NCBI RefSeq assembly: GCF_030028105.1
Contig: NC_092379.1
Location: forward strand, 21,367,309 to 21,431,308
Direction: 5' to 3'
DNA from: Mobula birostris
Lineage: Eukaryota
Length of the DNA stretch: 64,000 nucleotides
In this document: positions 24,001-35,451 of the stretch, piece after piece
How positions within the stretch are numbered: the first letter of the stretch is position 1
Layout: each line of letters opens with the position of its first letter
Notes under the pieces: generated by a model
Database searches by the model: none
What the model was told of the DNA's origin: nothing
What the model saw: only the letters and a program-made list of their open reading frames with translations
Program-made: the position numbers and the translations under genes

Positions 24001-25259
24001 GCCATCCATTAGCCAAGTTTCAGCTTGTTAAGATGTTCTCTACCACACATCTATACAATGAAGTGATGTGGATTTCCAGCTCTCTTCAGCTTTCTCAGAA
24101 AGCAAAGGCAAAAGTGAGCTTCCCTGGTTGTGTAGATTGTGTTTTGGGACCATTAGAGTTTGTGTGTGATATGCATTCTCTGGAGTTTGAAACTGCTTGT
24201 CAATGTGTTGCCAATGTAAAGGGGGATATGAGTGCTGCTAGGTCTACTGAAGTCTATCCCGTTGCCCACTTGAATCAAGAGGAGAGTCTACACACAGGCC
24301 ATGGTGAGAGTGCTCAAAAGTAGCATTTGTGGGCTTTGGGCTTTTTCCAGTGGTCAGTGGAGTGTTAGCAAGCTTTCAGCTTTTTCCAGTGGCCCAATCG
24401 AATCGAATCCCAATGTGAGAAGTCCGGGAGACCTCCAGCGTCCCGGATATCGGTGAATGTAGAGGTTGCAGAATGAGTAGGGTTGACAAAAGAATCAGAG
24501 TCACATCAGGAAGGAATGATCTATGCAGTGAGAGGCATGTGTCTAGAAATCACTGCTGTGGCTTACAGAGGGTGCTGATCCAACTGTGATATTCAAAAGG
24601 GAAATGGAATTTTGTAAGGAAGACAAACTGCAAAATAAGTGAGAGACAAGACAGGGAGATCTGCTGGTTTGCTCGTGAATGCAGCCACCAGACACTTTAA
24701 TAGGCAAATTGACTTTCTTCCACTGTATTCAATCAGTGATTCTCAGTGATTAAACAGTCTGTCCAGCTGCTGTCACCTCCTATATTTCCAACAACCTCAA
24801 TGCTTCTTGTCCCAAAGACGATGATATCTATCAGGTGCCCGGACTTGGATCAAATATGTTTCAATGAAGTCTTTCACTTGTCTCTCACAGTGCAGTTTGT
24901 TGGTGATGAGGAGTCCATGTTCTATGCATTTCACCAGGAAGAGAATTCTCTTGAAGACAGAGGAGACTGCAGACACTAGAATCTGGTGGAAAACTCAGAC
25001 TGCAAGATGAACTCAGCAGGTTAGACAACAACTGTGCAAGGAAAGGAAGGGAAAACATTTCAAGTGGACACTCTGCATCTGGACAGACACTGGGTTCTTG
25101 TCCCATATGATTCCACTCAATTTGGCTTTACTTCTTACATGTCCATCGCACATTTCTGAAGGTTTTTTTTTTCCTTTCTCTTTCTCATTAAAATAAATGT
25201 TTCCTATTTGAATTCAAGCCGGGATTTGCTCAAGTTTCAGAAGAAAGCCTTTGTGATCC

Positions 25260-25647
25260 CATGTGGAAGAAAATTTCGAATATAGGGTTCAAATAACTAA
25301 GTTGCTAAAGCTGTGTGACCTTGTGGACATCCCGTGTTTCCCGATTAAGTTCCAAGTCTGCATTACTAATATGATCATTCAGGCCGAAACCCCTCATTAG
25401 AGAGAGAGCTGCACAAGATAACAGCTGATGGATGAGGCACTAATCAACTTTTTGTCTTGCTATGGGGGGCGGGGAAGGTTGGTTTCGCTCACTTGTTTCG
25501 CTACTAGATATAAACACAAGCGTTACAAGTTACGATTCCTCGTAACTTAGAGTTCCACGTGGACACTTCGTGGTATCATGCTAAAGTAAAAAAAAAAATC
25601 GCCTCATGAATGTTGGTATCGAGCTTCATTTTAAAACTTCTCTGACA
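25260..25647 (+). repeat. ERV 5' LTR (start approximate)
   Basis: TATA-like gatataaa at ~25507, ends in CA just before the PBS. Shares blocks tggtttcgctca, ctagatataaaca, tatcatgctaa and tggtatcgagctt with 35256-35445. Confidence 0.75.
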
Positions 25648-25650
25648 AAT

Positions 25651-25669
25651 TGGCGTAGTCTAGCAGGAT
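25651..25669 (+). promoter_or_regulatory. Primer-binding site complementary to tRNA-Ser 3' end
   Basis: tggcgtagtctagcaggat versus TGGCGTAGTCGGCAGGAT expected from vertebrate tRNA-Ser(AGA); 3 bp after the LTR end. Confidence 0.8.
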
Positions 25670-25946
25670 CCCTACAAAACGGGATCGAACGATAGAGTAA
25701 CTGAGCGTCAGCCTTCGAGTTAGCCCCCCACCCCACCCCGTTGCGTGATCCACTTTGAGAACCCCTGATTCTGGCCCGTGATCGGGTAGGAAAGATGGGA
25801 TCGGCAAGACCATATAGCAAAACCGCAGCATCTCGTAAATTTAAATAATTATATAAATAAGACTTCTTTCGCACTTGGGCTTGCGCCTGACTTTTTGTTT
25901 TGCTGGACTGGGTTAGGGTTAGACTGGGTAAGGAGATTGAAGGAGG

Positions 25947-27058
25947 ATGGGAAGTAGTAATAGTAAAATTGATGAGGAATGCGGAGAGAGACAGTTCCCT
26001 GTAAAGATAAAGAAAAGTACGAGAAAGAAGCACCAGAAGGCTGAACGAGTGAAGAAGTACCTGGCAGAGCCGCTGGTGCCGCCAGGCTCCCCTGCTGATA
26101 CGGTATGGTGGGAAACTGGAGATAGCAGGTATGTGATTCCTTTTACTAGTGACTTGTATGGTTGGACACATCGCCAGCGCCCTTATGGGGGGTTTTTGAT
26201 TTAAGGAAAATTGGATATTTTAAACAAGAAACTGGTAACAGAGACAGATCCTACGTGGGATTGTGATTATGTGATGATGTCTTTAATTAATGCACGTTAC
26301 TTTGTTTATTTGCGAGTAATTCATCTGTAGGTTTTATCCTTACACTCTCAGCTGTTGGGTGTTGTGTGTGTTGCTGTGATTTGCACCCAGGTTCGGGGAG
26401 GCGTTGTCTCGTTTGGCGCTGTGTACGCGTGCAGTTGATTGTCGGTGGACTCGACTTGCTTGGCTGGAGCTAACTAAACGACGTCAACCTCCGAACCAAA
26501 ATAAAAAGACTGAGACTGACCAAACGATTTCCAAACAAAAGAAAGGGGATGCGTCTGAAGGTTTATATCCCTGCCTGGATAGTATAAGACAGCCCGAGCC
26601 AGCCCGAATGCAGTCTGGACGAAATTTTAATGTTAGCAGAAGTTATACTACAGAATCGAGTGCCCGACCCCCGCCTGATAATGGTCAAGCAATCGAAACC
26701 GAGGAGCAGGAGGGAAACCAGCCCCAAGCCAAAGAATTATCTAAAAAAGATTAGTCCATTTTTAGGGGTCATTCTGCACCAGTAGAGCGGATTGAAAAAG
26801 TGGGACCTGCCTAGAATTTGCGCAGTAGAACATGGAAAGTGAGGGAGGGAGCAAAGAGAAGCGGTCAGAACTAAATGCTGTTACGCAATATCCAAAAATT
26901 ATGATTGGCATCACCGCGGTGATCCGGCCGTGGACCCCGTCCGAAGTTCAGGCGAAGATACAGGCTGCTCATACTCCCATCAAGAAACCTCGCGCCGTCC
27001 ATAATTGGTTGGGACAAATTTGAGAAATTGATAAGCCCCTGCCTGGAGATATTCAGAT
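25947..27058 (+). pseudogene. gag: ERV gag remnants
   Basis: ORF begins MGSSNSK (myristoylation-type) about 280 bp after the PBS. Later fragments include a Pro-rich stretch and IRPWTPSEV capsid-like motif. Multiple stops. Confidence 0.65.
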
Positions 27059-27059
27059 G

Positions 27060-28948
27060 TTTTTTTCCCTCCAAGAATACTTCATTCAGAATTATTACAA
27101 AATAAAGTTATATACATATAAGAAAAAAACATTCGTTGACTCTGAGTCCTTATTTAATAAATAAAGTTATTTACAATAAAATTATGCGTTGACTCTCTGT
27201 TCATATACAAATGAAAGATGTTTACAATAAATCGTTCATTTACTCTCAACCCTTGGTCAAGAGTTAAGACTTATTAACAATAAAATTATCAACAATAAAG
27301 GCAGGCGTTGGCTCTAATTCCTTTTCCAAATTGACAATTCCACCCACTCCTGGGGCACCATGTTGATTCATCTGTCCACACCGCTGATGAGGGTTAGTCT
27401 CCTCCCCACCCAACCCCTCACACTCCCACGGGAGATGAACCTTAAACTGTGGTCCTTCCCCACCGGGCCTTCGCGGTGGCCGCACGAAGCTTGAGTACAT
27501 CCCTCAGCACGTACTCCTGCAGGCGAGAGTGAGCCAGTCGGCAGCATTCAGTCACGGACATCTCCATGTGCCGGCAGACCACCAAGTTTCGGGCAGACCA
27601 AAGCGCGTCTTTCACCGAATTGATGATCTGCCAACAGCACCGGATGTTTGTCTCCGTGTGAGTCCCCGGGAACAGCCCGCAGATCACGGAGTCCTCGGTT
27701 ACGCAGTTGCTGGGCATGAATTTGACACCGTCCCTTCCATTCTCCTCCACACCTTCTTCGCGAACCCACAGTGTGCAAAGAGTTGAGTTACTGACTCCAC
27801 CCCGTTGCAGTCCTCCCGTGGGCAGCGGGGTGTGGAGACGACATTCCGGGCGTACAGGAGGGATCTGACTGGGAGGGCCCCTCTGACCGCCAGCCAGGCG
27901 AGGTCTTTGTGCATGTTGGTGAGGTCTGGCCATGAGGCAATTTGCCAGATGTACTAGACAGTTTGCTCAGGCAACCACCCCACTGAGTCCATCTCTTCCT
28001 TCTCCTGCAGTGCCTGCAGGACAGTACGTGCAAGGCTGTCCGAGATCTTCCAGTCCGGTACAGCACAGGTTTGGTCCGGGTGGATCACCTGTCCCAGAGC
28101 AGACTTGACCCCGTTGGCGATGATCTTGGACAGGATCTTGTAGTCCACATTCAGGAGAGAGATGGGTCTCCAATTCCTAATGTCCTCCCTTTCCCCCTTC
28201 TGCTTGTAGATGAGGGTGATGATGCCTTTCCTCACGGATTCTGACATGCTGCCGGCCAGAAGCATAGCGTTGTACACTTCCAGCAGGTCAGGGCCCATCC
28301 AGTTCCACAGAGCCGAATACAACTCAACCTGTAGGCCGTCGCCTCCGGGAGTCCTATTCGACCCAAAGGAATGGACGGAGCCTGTCAACTCGTCCAGGAT
28401 CAATGGCTGATCCAGACGCTCCCACTTGCCGTCGTCTAAGACCTGCATGATAGATGACAGGAAGTTGCGGGAGGCTGTGGAGTCTGCAGCCTTTTCGTCG
28501 TACAGACCGGCATAAAAGGACTTGGAGATCCTCAGTATGTCGGTCTGCGAGGACATGACTGAGCCGTCCTCCTCCTTAAGGTTGTGGATCACAGAGCTCC
28601 CCCTCGTGCACCTTTTGGAAGAAGAAGCGTGAGCACGTCTCCTCCTGCACAACGGTTTGGACCCTTGATCGGAAGATGATCTTGGAGGATTCGGCGGCGA
28701 GGTGCTGGGCTTGCCGGCCCTTGACCTGTCGTAATTCCTCCCTGACATCCACCCCCTTCGACTGCAGAAGGAGGAGTTGCTGCAACTCTGTCTGGAGTTT
28801 ACGCAGTTCCCTCTGCTCCCGCCTTGCTTTCTGGATACCCTTGCGGATGAAGAACCTCTTGATGTTCTCCTTGGTGGCTTCCCACCAGAAAACCGGGGAA
28901 TCAAAGAAGGCTTTCAAGGTTCTCCAACCTGTGTACTCCCTCTTTAGT
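27060..28948 (-). mobile_element. Tx1-clade non-LTR retrotransposon, 5'-truncated and internally deleted, inserted in ERV gag
   Basis: WWEATKENIKRFF, PGGDGLQVELYSALW...NWRPISLLNVDYKILSKII...HPDQTCAVP, then zf-RVT HKDLAWLAVRGALPVR...CPREDC...LFAHC. AT-rich 3' UTR with A-tail at 27060-27066. Confidence 0.92.
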
Positions 28949-29929
28949 ATTGAAAGTGGTGTACGGAACGATTTAGCAGGCAGAACAAAGTACTTTGGAA
29001 ATCCCCAAAGGAACAGGGGGAGATTAGGTATGAAACGATGGTGAAGTCGATAACGTTACCAGGGAAACATGCTTAAGGGGACAGTGTAGATTTGCCATTG
29101 ATGACGCAACCCGTAAGCATGGTGATTTTGGAGAGGTTACTGTGTGTACGCAAAATAAACACCGGGAGAAAATATAAAATTATTTCCTGTTTCCGTGACA
29201 CGCGTGAGTTTTCTGTTGGTAGAGACTTGCAGGACAGCTCTGTCTAGCAGTACAGACACTCTTAAACTGCCTATGACATCTTCTTCTGACATGAAAACCT
29301 TTGATGCATTTATATTGCACCTCCCAATGCACTGAAACATTTTGGCCGAATTATTATCTAAAGGTCCTTTCCGTACTTAACACAGCAGAAAATCTTTCTT
29401 TCATCTGACGCATCTATTATGGTCCAGCAGGGATAGCGGCGGCGTTGTCAATAAGTGAGGAACAGAAAGAATGATTTAAAATGCCAAGTTCAACACCTCA
29501 TGTCACTATTGCCATCAAAACCCCTGAGACTCCTAAACTACCCAGACCAATACTTACGAGTTTAGAGGAGTTAAACGCCACAGAGTGTATAGCTCTGTCT
29601 AATACTAATGCTCCTTTGCAGCTTTATTCCGCGCAAGCTGGATGTATAATCTTTGCCCCTTTCCTCGTTACAACAAAGTTTGAATTGCTTGCTCCCCCTT
29701 CTCTTCCTGAGCATTCCGCACTCTTGTTACTTTCGCAGGTTCCTTCCTCCCTGTGGCTGATACACAAGAATCATAAAACCATCAGGTACAGGTGTAGAAT
29801 TAGGCCATTTGGCCCATCGAGTCTCTCCACCATTTCATCATGGCTGATGCAGTTTTCCTCTCAGCCTCAGTCTCCCGTCTTCCCCCGCATCCCTTCATGT
29901 CTTGATCAACCACGAGTGTAAAATCACGA

Positions 29930-30570
29930 GGAACTTGTACATTCTGCCCCGCCACGCAAAGTACGTTTGAAGACCAATGCTATTCTCTCCTATCTTACCA
30001 ATTCCGAAACCAGGTCGTGATACTGAGCGGCGTTCTGTACAAGACCTAAGTGCTATTAACAAGGTAGCTGTACCTCTTTCTCCCGTAGTACCGATACTAA
30101 CGTTATCCTCTTCAGAATTCCTGCCGCATCTGAATGTCATTCTGTTAAAGACCTCTGTTCTGATCTGTTTTTCTCCATCCCATCACATAAGGAAAGTCAG
30201 TAATTGCTTGCGCTTACAGCCAGTGGTAGACAGTATACTTGGGCCTAGTTGCTTAAGGGTATACCGGGAGCCCCGCGATATCCGCCGCCGCCGTCAGACA
30301 AGATTTAATCGTCCTCGGGCTGCCAGGGGAAAGTAGAATTTTACAATATGCCGATGATCAGCTGACTGACTCTCCCACCCGAGTCGATAATGAAAGAGAC
30401 ACTGTTGCCTTGTTCATACACCTGGCTGAAAAGGGGCATCAGATATCCCAAAATAAACTGCAGCTTTTTCATCCCACCGTACAATATTTGGGACACCTAC
30501 ATTATCAGGGAACCCGGCAACGAGTCCGGCGGGAGGAGAGAGAGCAGCGCGCCGCGCGTGCGCAGCCCTC
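29930..30570 (+). pseudogene. pol: ERV reverse transcriptase remnant
   Basis: PILPIPKPG...RSVQDLSAINK (ORF 29977) and LQYADD...LAEKGHQISQNKLQL...VQYLGH at 30341-30500. Confidence 0.85.
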
Positions 30571-30734
30571 CGGTGAAAAATGATATCGTAGCCGTTAAAT
30601 AGGGGCCGTGGACAATTCTGATTTGACGGAGACGGACGTGAAAACACAGAGGAACATCTGGAGACATTTCTGAAACGCTCGTTCGCTGCTGTCATTACTG
30701 CGCGGTCGGGAATCTTCCGGAGGGAAGGCCTCAA

Positions 30735-31150
30735 AATCCCCGGTTTTGCCTGCTGTTGGAGACAGAGATGCAGGTCGAATCGTTCGGACAGAGATGGCGC
30801 TCAGTACTCGGTGTTGGAGAGCTGATTCGGAGGCTCGAAGTTTTCGGATGACTCAGAGACGGATTGTGGTCGGGCATGCCAGGGAGAGTTTTTCTTCCTT
30901 CTCCCGTCTGCGTGAGGTGTGGGACATTTGAGAGACTTTGAAATTTTTACTGTGCTCATGGACTTCTTCATCGAGTTATGGTATTGTTGCACTATTGTAA
31001 CTATATGTTATAATTATGTGGTTTTGTCAGTTTTTTCAGTCTTGGTCTCTCCTGTGTTTTGTGATATCACGCCGGAGGAAATATTGTATCATTTGATAAT
31101 GCATGCATTATTAAATGACAATAAAAGAGGTCTGTGTGTCTTCATAATCT
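30735..31150 (+). repeat. LINE 3'-UTR-type repeat inserted in ERV pol
   Basis: Interrupts pol; AT-rich tail ending aaatgacaataaaagagg...cataatctaaa. Confidence 0.45.
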
Positions 31151-31214
31151 AAAACTTTCCGAAGAACGAATTTTACCTATTATTGATGTAGCACCTCCCC
31201 CTACCTGAAATGAA

Positions 31215-32880
31215 ATGTTTTCCTTTTTGGGAAGGGTCAATTATTAGAGTCATACAGAATTACAGCACAGAATCAGGCCCTTCGACTCATCTAGTCAATG
31301 CTGAAACAATTTAAACTGACAACTCCCATCGACCTGCGCCAGGACCATAGTCCTCCATACCCCTACCATCCATTTAATTCTCGAAAACGTTGCAGAAGAG
31401 CTCGCATGCACCACTTGTGTTGACAATTCATTCCACACTCTCACGACCCCCTGAGTAAAGAAGTTTTCCCTCATGTTCCATTTAAACGTTTGATCTTTCA
31501 CACTTAAGCCGTGATCTTTGGTTGTAGTCCCACCCCAACCCCTCGGTGGGAAAAGCTTGCTTGCATTTACCCTATCTATACTCCTCACAATTTTATATAT
31601 CTCTATCAAATCTCCTCTCATTATGTTTTACAATATACAACACCAACATAACATACCATCCCCAATACTCAACACAAAATGTTAGAGGAACTCAGCAGGC
31701 CAGGCAGCATCTATAGGAAAGAGTAAACAGTCGACTTCTCGGGCCGAGACCCTTCATCAGTACAGGAGAAAAACTTTCCAATAACTTTCCCATGACTGAG
31801 ATCAGACTCACCGGACTATAATTTCCTAGTTTGTGTTTAGATCATTTTTAAATAGCAGAACAACATTAGCTATCCTCCAATTCTCTGGTACCTCTCCTGT
31901 CGCTAGGATAATTTAAATATCTGTTCTAGAGCCCCAGCAATTTCTGCACTTGTAAGATCCGAGGAGACACCTTATCAAACCCTGGGGATCTATCCACCCT
32001 GATTTGCCTCAGGGTTGCCAACACCTCCTCCTCTTTAAACTGTACAGGGTTCATGATGCCACTTTGCCTCACTTGTGTAGATGCAGTGTCCATCTCCTGA
32101 GTAAATACAAATGCAAATAATAAAATAATAATAATAATAATAATAATATCTCCCCTATTATTTCTGGCTCCACACATGGATTACAATTCTGATCTTCCAG
32201 AGAACCAAGTTTGTCCTTTGTAATTCTTTAGCTCTTAACATACCTGTTGAAGCCCTTGAAACTCTCCTTGACTTTGTCTGGTAGAACAACTTCATGCCTT
32301 CTTTTAGCACTCCTGATTTATCTCTTAAGTGTTCCCTTGTATTTCTTATACTCCATAAGCACCCCATTTGTTCCTATCTGCCTATACCTGCGATTCACCT
32401 CCTTTTTTCTCTTAACCAGGGCCTCAATATCTCTTGAAAACCAAGGTTCCCTGCAGTTGTTATCGTTACGTTTTATTATGATAAGCACATACAAGCTTTG
32501 TACTCTCAATATTTCGCTTTTGGAAGCCTCCCACTTACCAAGTACACCTTTGCAAGAAAAGAGCCTGTCCGAACCCACAATTGCCAGATCATTTCTGATA
32601 CCATTAAAATTGACCCTTCTCCAATTTAGACTCTCAATCCACGGACAAGACGTATATTTTTGCATATCTACGTTGAAACTAATGGCATTGTGGTCATTGG
32701 ATGCAAAGTGTTCCCCTACACAAACTTCTGTCACCTGCCCTGTCTCATTCCCTAATAGCAGATCCAGTATCGCACACTCTCTCATTGGGACTTCTAAGTA
32801 CAGATGAAGAAAACTTTCTTGAGCACCTTTGAAAAACTCTATCCCATCTAGTCTTATTGTAGACATTGGATTCCCGAATA
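31215..32880 (-). mobile_element. CR1 LINE fragments inserted in ERV pol
   Basis: MRGDLIEIYKIVRSIDRV...FFTQGVVRVWNEL (31295-31621) and AILDLLLGNETGQV...EHFASNDHNAISF (32318-32908). Confidence 0.85.
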
Positions 32881-34700
32881 TCGAATAATGGATGCTCCTG
32901 TTCGCCAACCTCCTGACCTGACTTGCCTGCCGAAATACAACGGACTCAGGAAATGTACGCAGCCTTTAATGCTCTCAAAGCAGCTTTGTCAACTGCCCCA
33001 GCCTTGGGCATAACTGACTCTTCAGCTCTTGTCCAATTATTTGTTCATGAACACCAAGGGTTTGCGGGCGGCATTTTAACGCAGCAACCTGGATGACCCT
33101 TTGCATATTGTTCTGTACAATTACTGCTAGTTGTAAGGGGCTTGCCTGGTCGTTTAAGGTCTGTCGCCGCCACTGCAGTTATGGAAGAAAAGCCCAATGC
33201 GATAGTATTGGATAACCTTTGTACAGTTTTGGCTCCCCGTGCATTTTGCGTCTTTTAAATTCAGCAGCCCCGAAGCATTTTACAGCAGTAAGGTGTACAA
33301 GTTATGCGGTCACGTTGCTCCCTAAACTCAACCTTTCTTGCCACAGTGACCCTGCACTAAACCTCGTTTCTCTTCTTCCATTACACGAGTTTGAGGATAA
33401 CACACCTTTACATGATTGTGTAGCGATGGTGGAAACCACCACATCTCCTCGTCCTGTCCCGCTCAGAACTCCTCTTGATAATCCAGACCTAATTCTGTTT
33501 ACTGATGGATCTTCTATTCGCCCATCGGATACACAGATGCTTTCTGGAGATGCTATTGTTTCTTCTTTTGAGAGACGAGAGGATTATGCATTCCCGTCTG
33601 GTATTTCAACACAGGCAGCTGTATTGTTCGCCCCAACCCGTGCAACAGGGATACTGATTCTCTATATTTTTGGAGTGACACGTGATTTTGACAACAAAGT
33701 GATTTATCATATCTTCAGATAAACCTGTTGAATATTTTCAATTAATTATTAATTTACTCCAAGCTATTCTATTGCCTTTACAACTGGCAATTGTCAAGTG
33801 TGAAGGGAAAAGATGAACTCTCCAGCGGTGATGCCGCGGCCGACGCCGCTGCTAAACAAGCTGCAATATCCCAGGCCTCTGTGGTTAGTTATGTCCCGGC
33901 AGCATCAGGATTCACTCAACCTTCCGCTTGTGCAGCACAAGCATCCGCCCGTGGATTTCCCATGGCTGCACACAGACAGAGTCTGGCTTGTTGTCTCACC
34001 CAGATGGACGTGTTGTATGTCCTGAGGGATTCCTGCGTGCCCTCGCTACGGTGGCGCACCGGCAAAGTTTGATCATTTACCAACACCTGAGAGACCCTTC
34101 ACTGGTTTAGAAATTCATTATGTGCATACGTCTGCACAAAACAGACACAAGCATGTGCTGGTGGTTGTGGATATGTTTTCGAAGTGGATCGAAGCGTTTG
34201 TTGCTAAGAGGGATGACGCTCGCACTGTGGTAAAGTGTCTCATGGGAGACATAATCCGAAGGGCTGAAGTCCCCACTAATATCAATAGTGACAGGGAAAC
34301 TCACTTCACAGCTCAAATCACTGTGCGCTTAGCCAGGCGTTGGTGTTCAATTGACAAATGCATATTCTGTATCAACCCCAGTCATCCGGATTGGTATAAC
34401 ACATGAACGGGATACTTAAAAAGACATTTGCAAAAGTTTGCCAAGGACCAGGATTGAAGTATCCTGAGGCATTAACCAATGCCCCCTACACTGGCCAGCC
34501 TTATCAGTTCGGATGAAAATACTTTACAAACTGCCCAAACTGTCAGTGAAGCTGTAGAGCCAAACCATGCGAAGTTTGTGCAGGCATGGCTCAGGTCAGG
34601 GAAAACCAATGCACACCCCTTTAAACCAGATTACATGCTTATTAAATCACTGGATAAAATTCTCTTTCGAGATGGAAAAGCTCGTATGAAGTTCTACTGA
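32880..34700 (+). pseudogene. pol: ERV pol connection, RNase H and integrase remnants
   Basis: PLDNPDLILFTDGSS (RNase H), GDAAADAAAKQAA, VLVVVDMFSKWIEAF...INSDRETHFTAQ (integrase core). Frameshifted. Confidence 0.85.
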
Positions 34701-35098
34701 TGACTAGAACGGCGTTGGAAGTGGCAGGGAAACCTGAGTGGATTCACGGATGATGGTGCAAACTGTGATCGCCTTCTGCAACACCGGATGCGTCTGAGAA
34801 AGGCGCAACTATTAAAAGGAAGAAAAGAGGGTCAAGAAACACTGACAATGGATAACAAATAAGCAGTTCAAAATGATGCAGCAAAATCGTTGAAGTTATA
34901 TGTAGTCGGCCTGTTGGGCCGCCATGTATTTGAGCACATTGACAGAATGTGAACATGCCGTTTTATCTCGGCAATGAAAGAAATTCATAATGTGCATATG
35001 TCGATTATGTAACTTTAGAATTAGAAAGTCTGGCTAACGAAACGATAAAAGTTTTCTCGATTATGAATCAGAAATTGCAAAATCTCTGAGCAGTCACT

Positions 35099-35208
35099 TT
35101 ACAAAGCAGGATGGCTCTGGACTGTGTCTTAGCAAAAGATGATGGCGCTTGTGCACTAGTCGGGAAAGAATGTTGCATTTATAGACCAGATGCTTCAAAC
35201 ATATGACT
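35099..35208 (+). pseudogene. env: ERV env transmembrane-subunit remnant (immunosuppressive domain + CX6CC)
   Basis: LQSRMALDCVLAKDDGACALVGKECCIYRPDASN, the gamma/epsilon-type TM signature. Confidence 0.85.
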
Positions 35209-35255
35209 CAACGATTAGATGAAATACAAACGCTAAGTTTTCAGGATTCTCCTAA

Positions 35256-35445
35256 AATCAACTCCTTGTTTTGCTAATTGGGGTGGGGGCTGGTTTCGCT
35301 CAATGTCTGTTGCTAGATATAAACATAAGGTAATCACAAGGTAGTTCAGAGTCCCCACATAAGGATTCTCCATGATATCATGCTAACATAAAAGATTCAT
35401 CACCTGAAGTCTGGTATCGAGCTTTATTATAAAAAATTTCTGACA
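35256..35445 (+). repeat. ERV 3' LTR (partial, U3 start missing)
   Basis: Colinear with 25442-25647, ends tttctgaca. Confidence 0.75.
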
Positions 35446-35451
35446 CACCAC

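Larger units (their letters stand above)
25260..35445 (+). mobile_element. Degenerate endogenous retrovirus (class I, epsilon-like): LTR-PBS-gag-pol-env remnant-LTR, with nested LINE insertions
   Basis: Two related LTR segments ending tctgaca (25647, 35445), tRNA-Ser PBS, MG-initiated gag, RT, RNase H, integrase and env TM motifs in canonical order. The 5' boundary is uncertain. Confidence 0.85.

Noticed and set aside
24746-24979. ORF starting KQSVQLLSPP (Ig C start-like)
   Set aside because: Remaining sequence lacks C1-set hallmarks and a usable acceptor.
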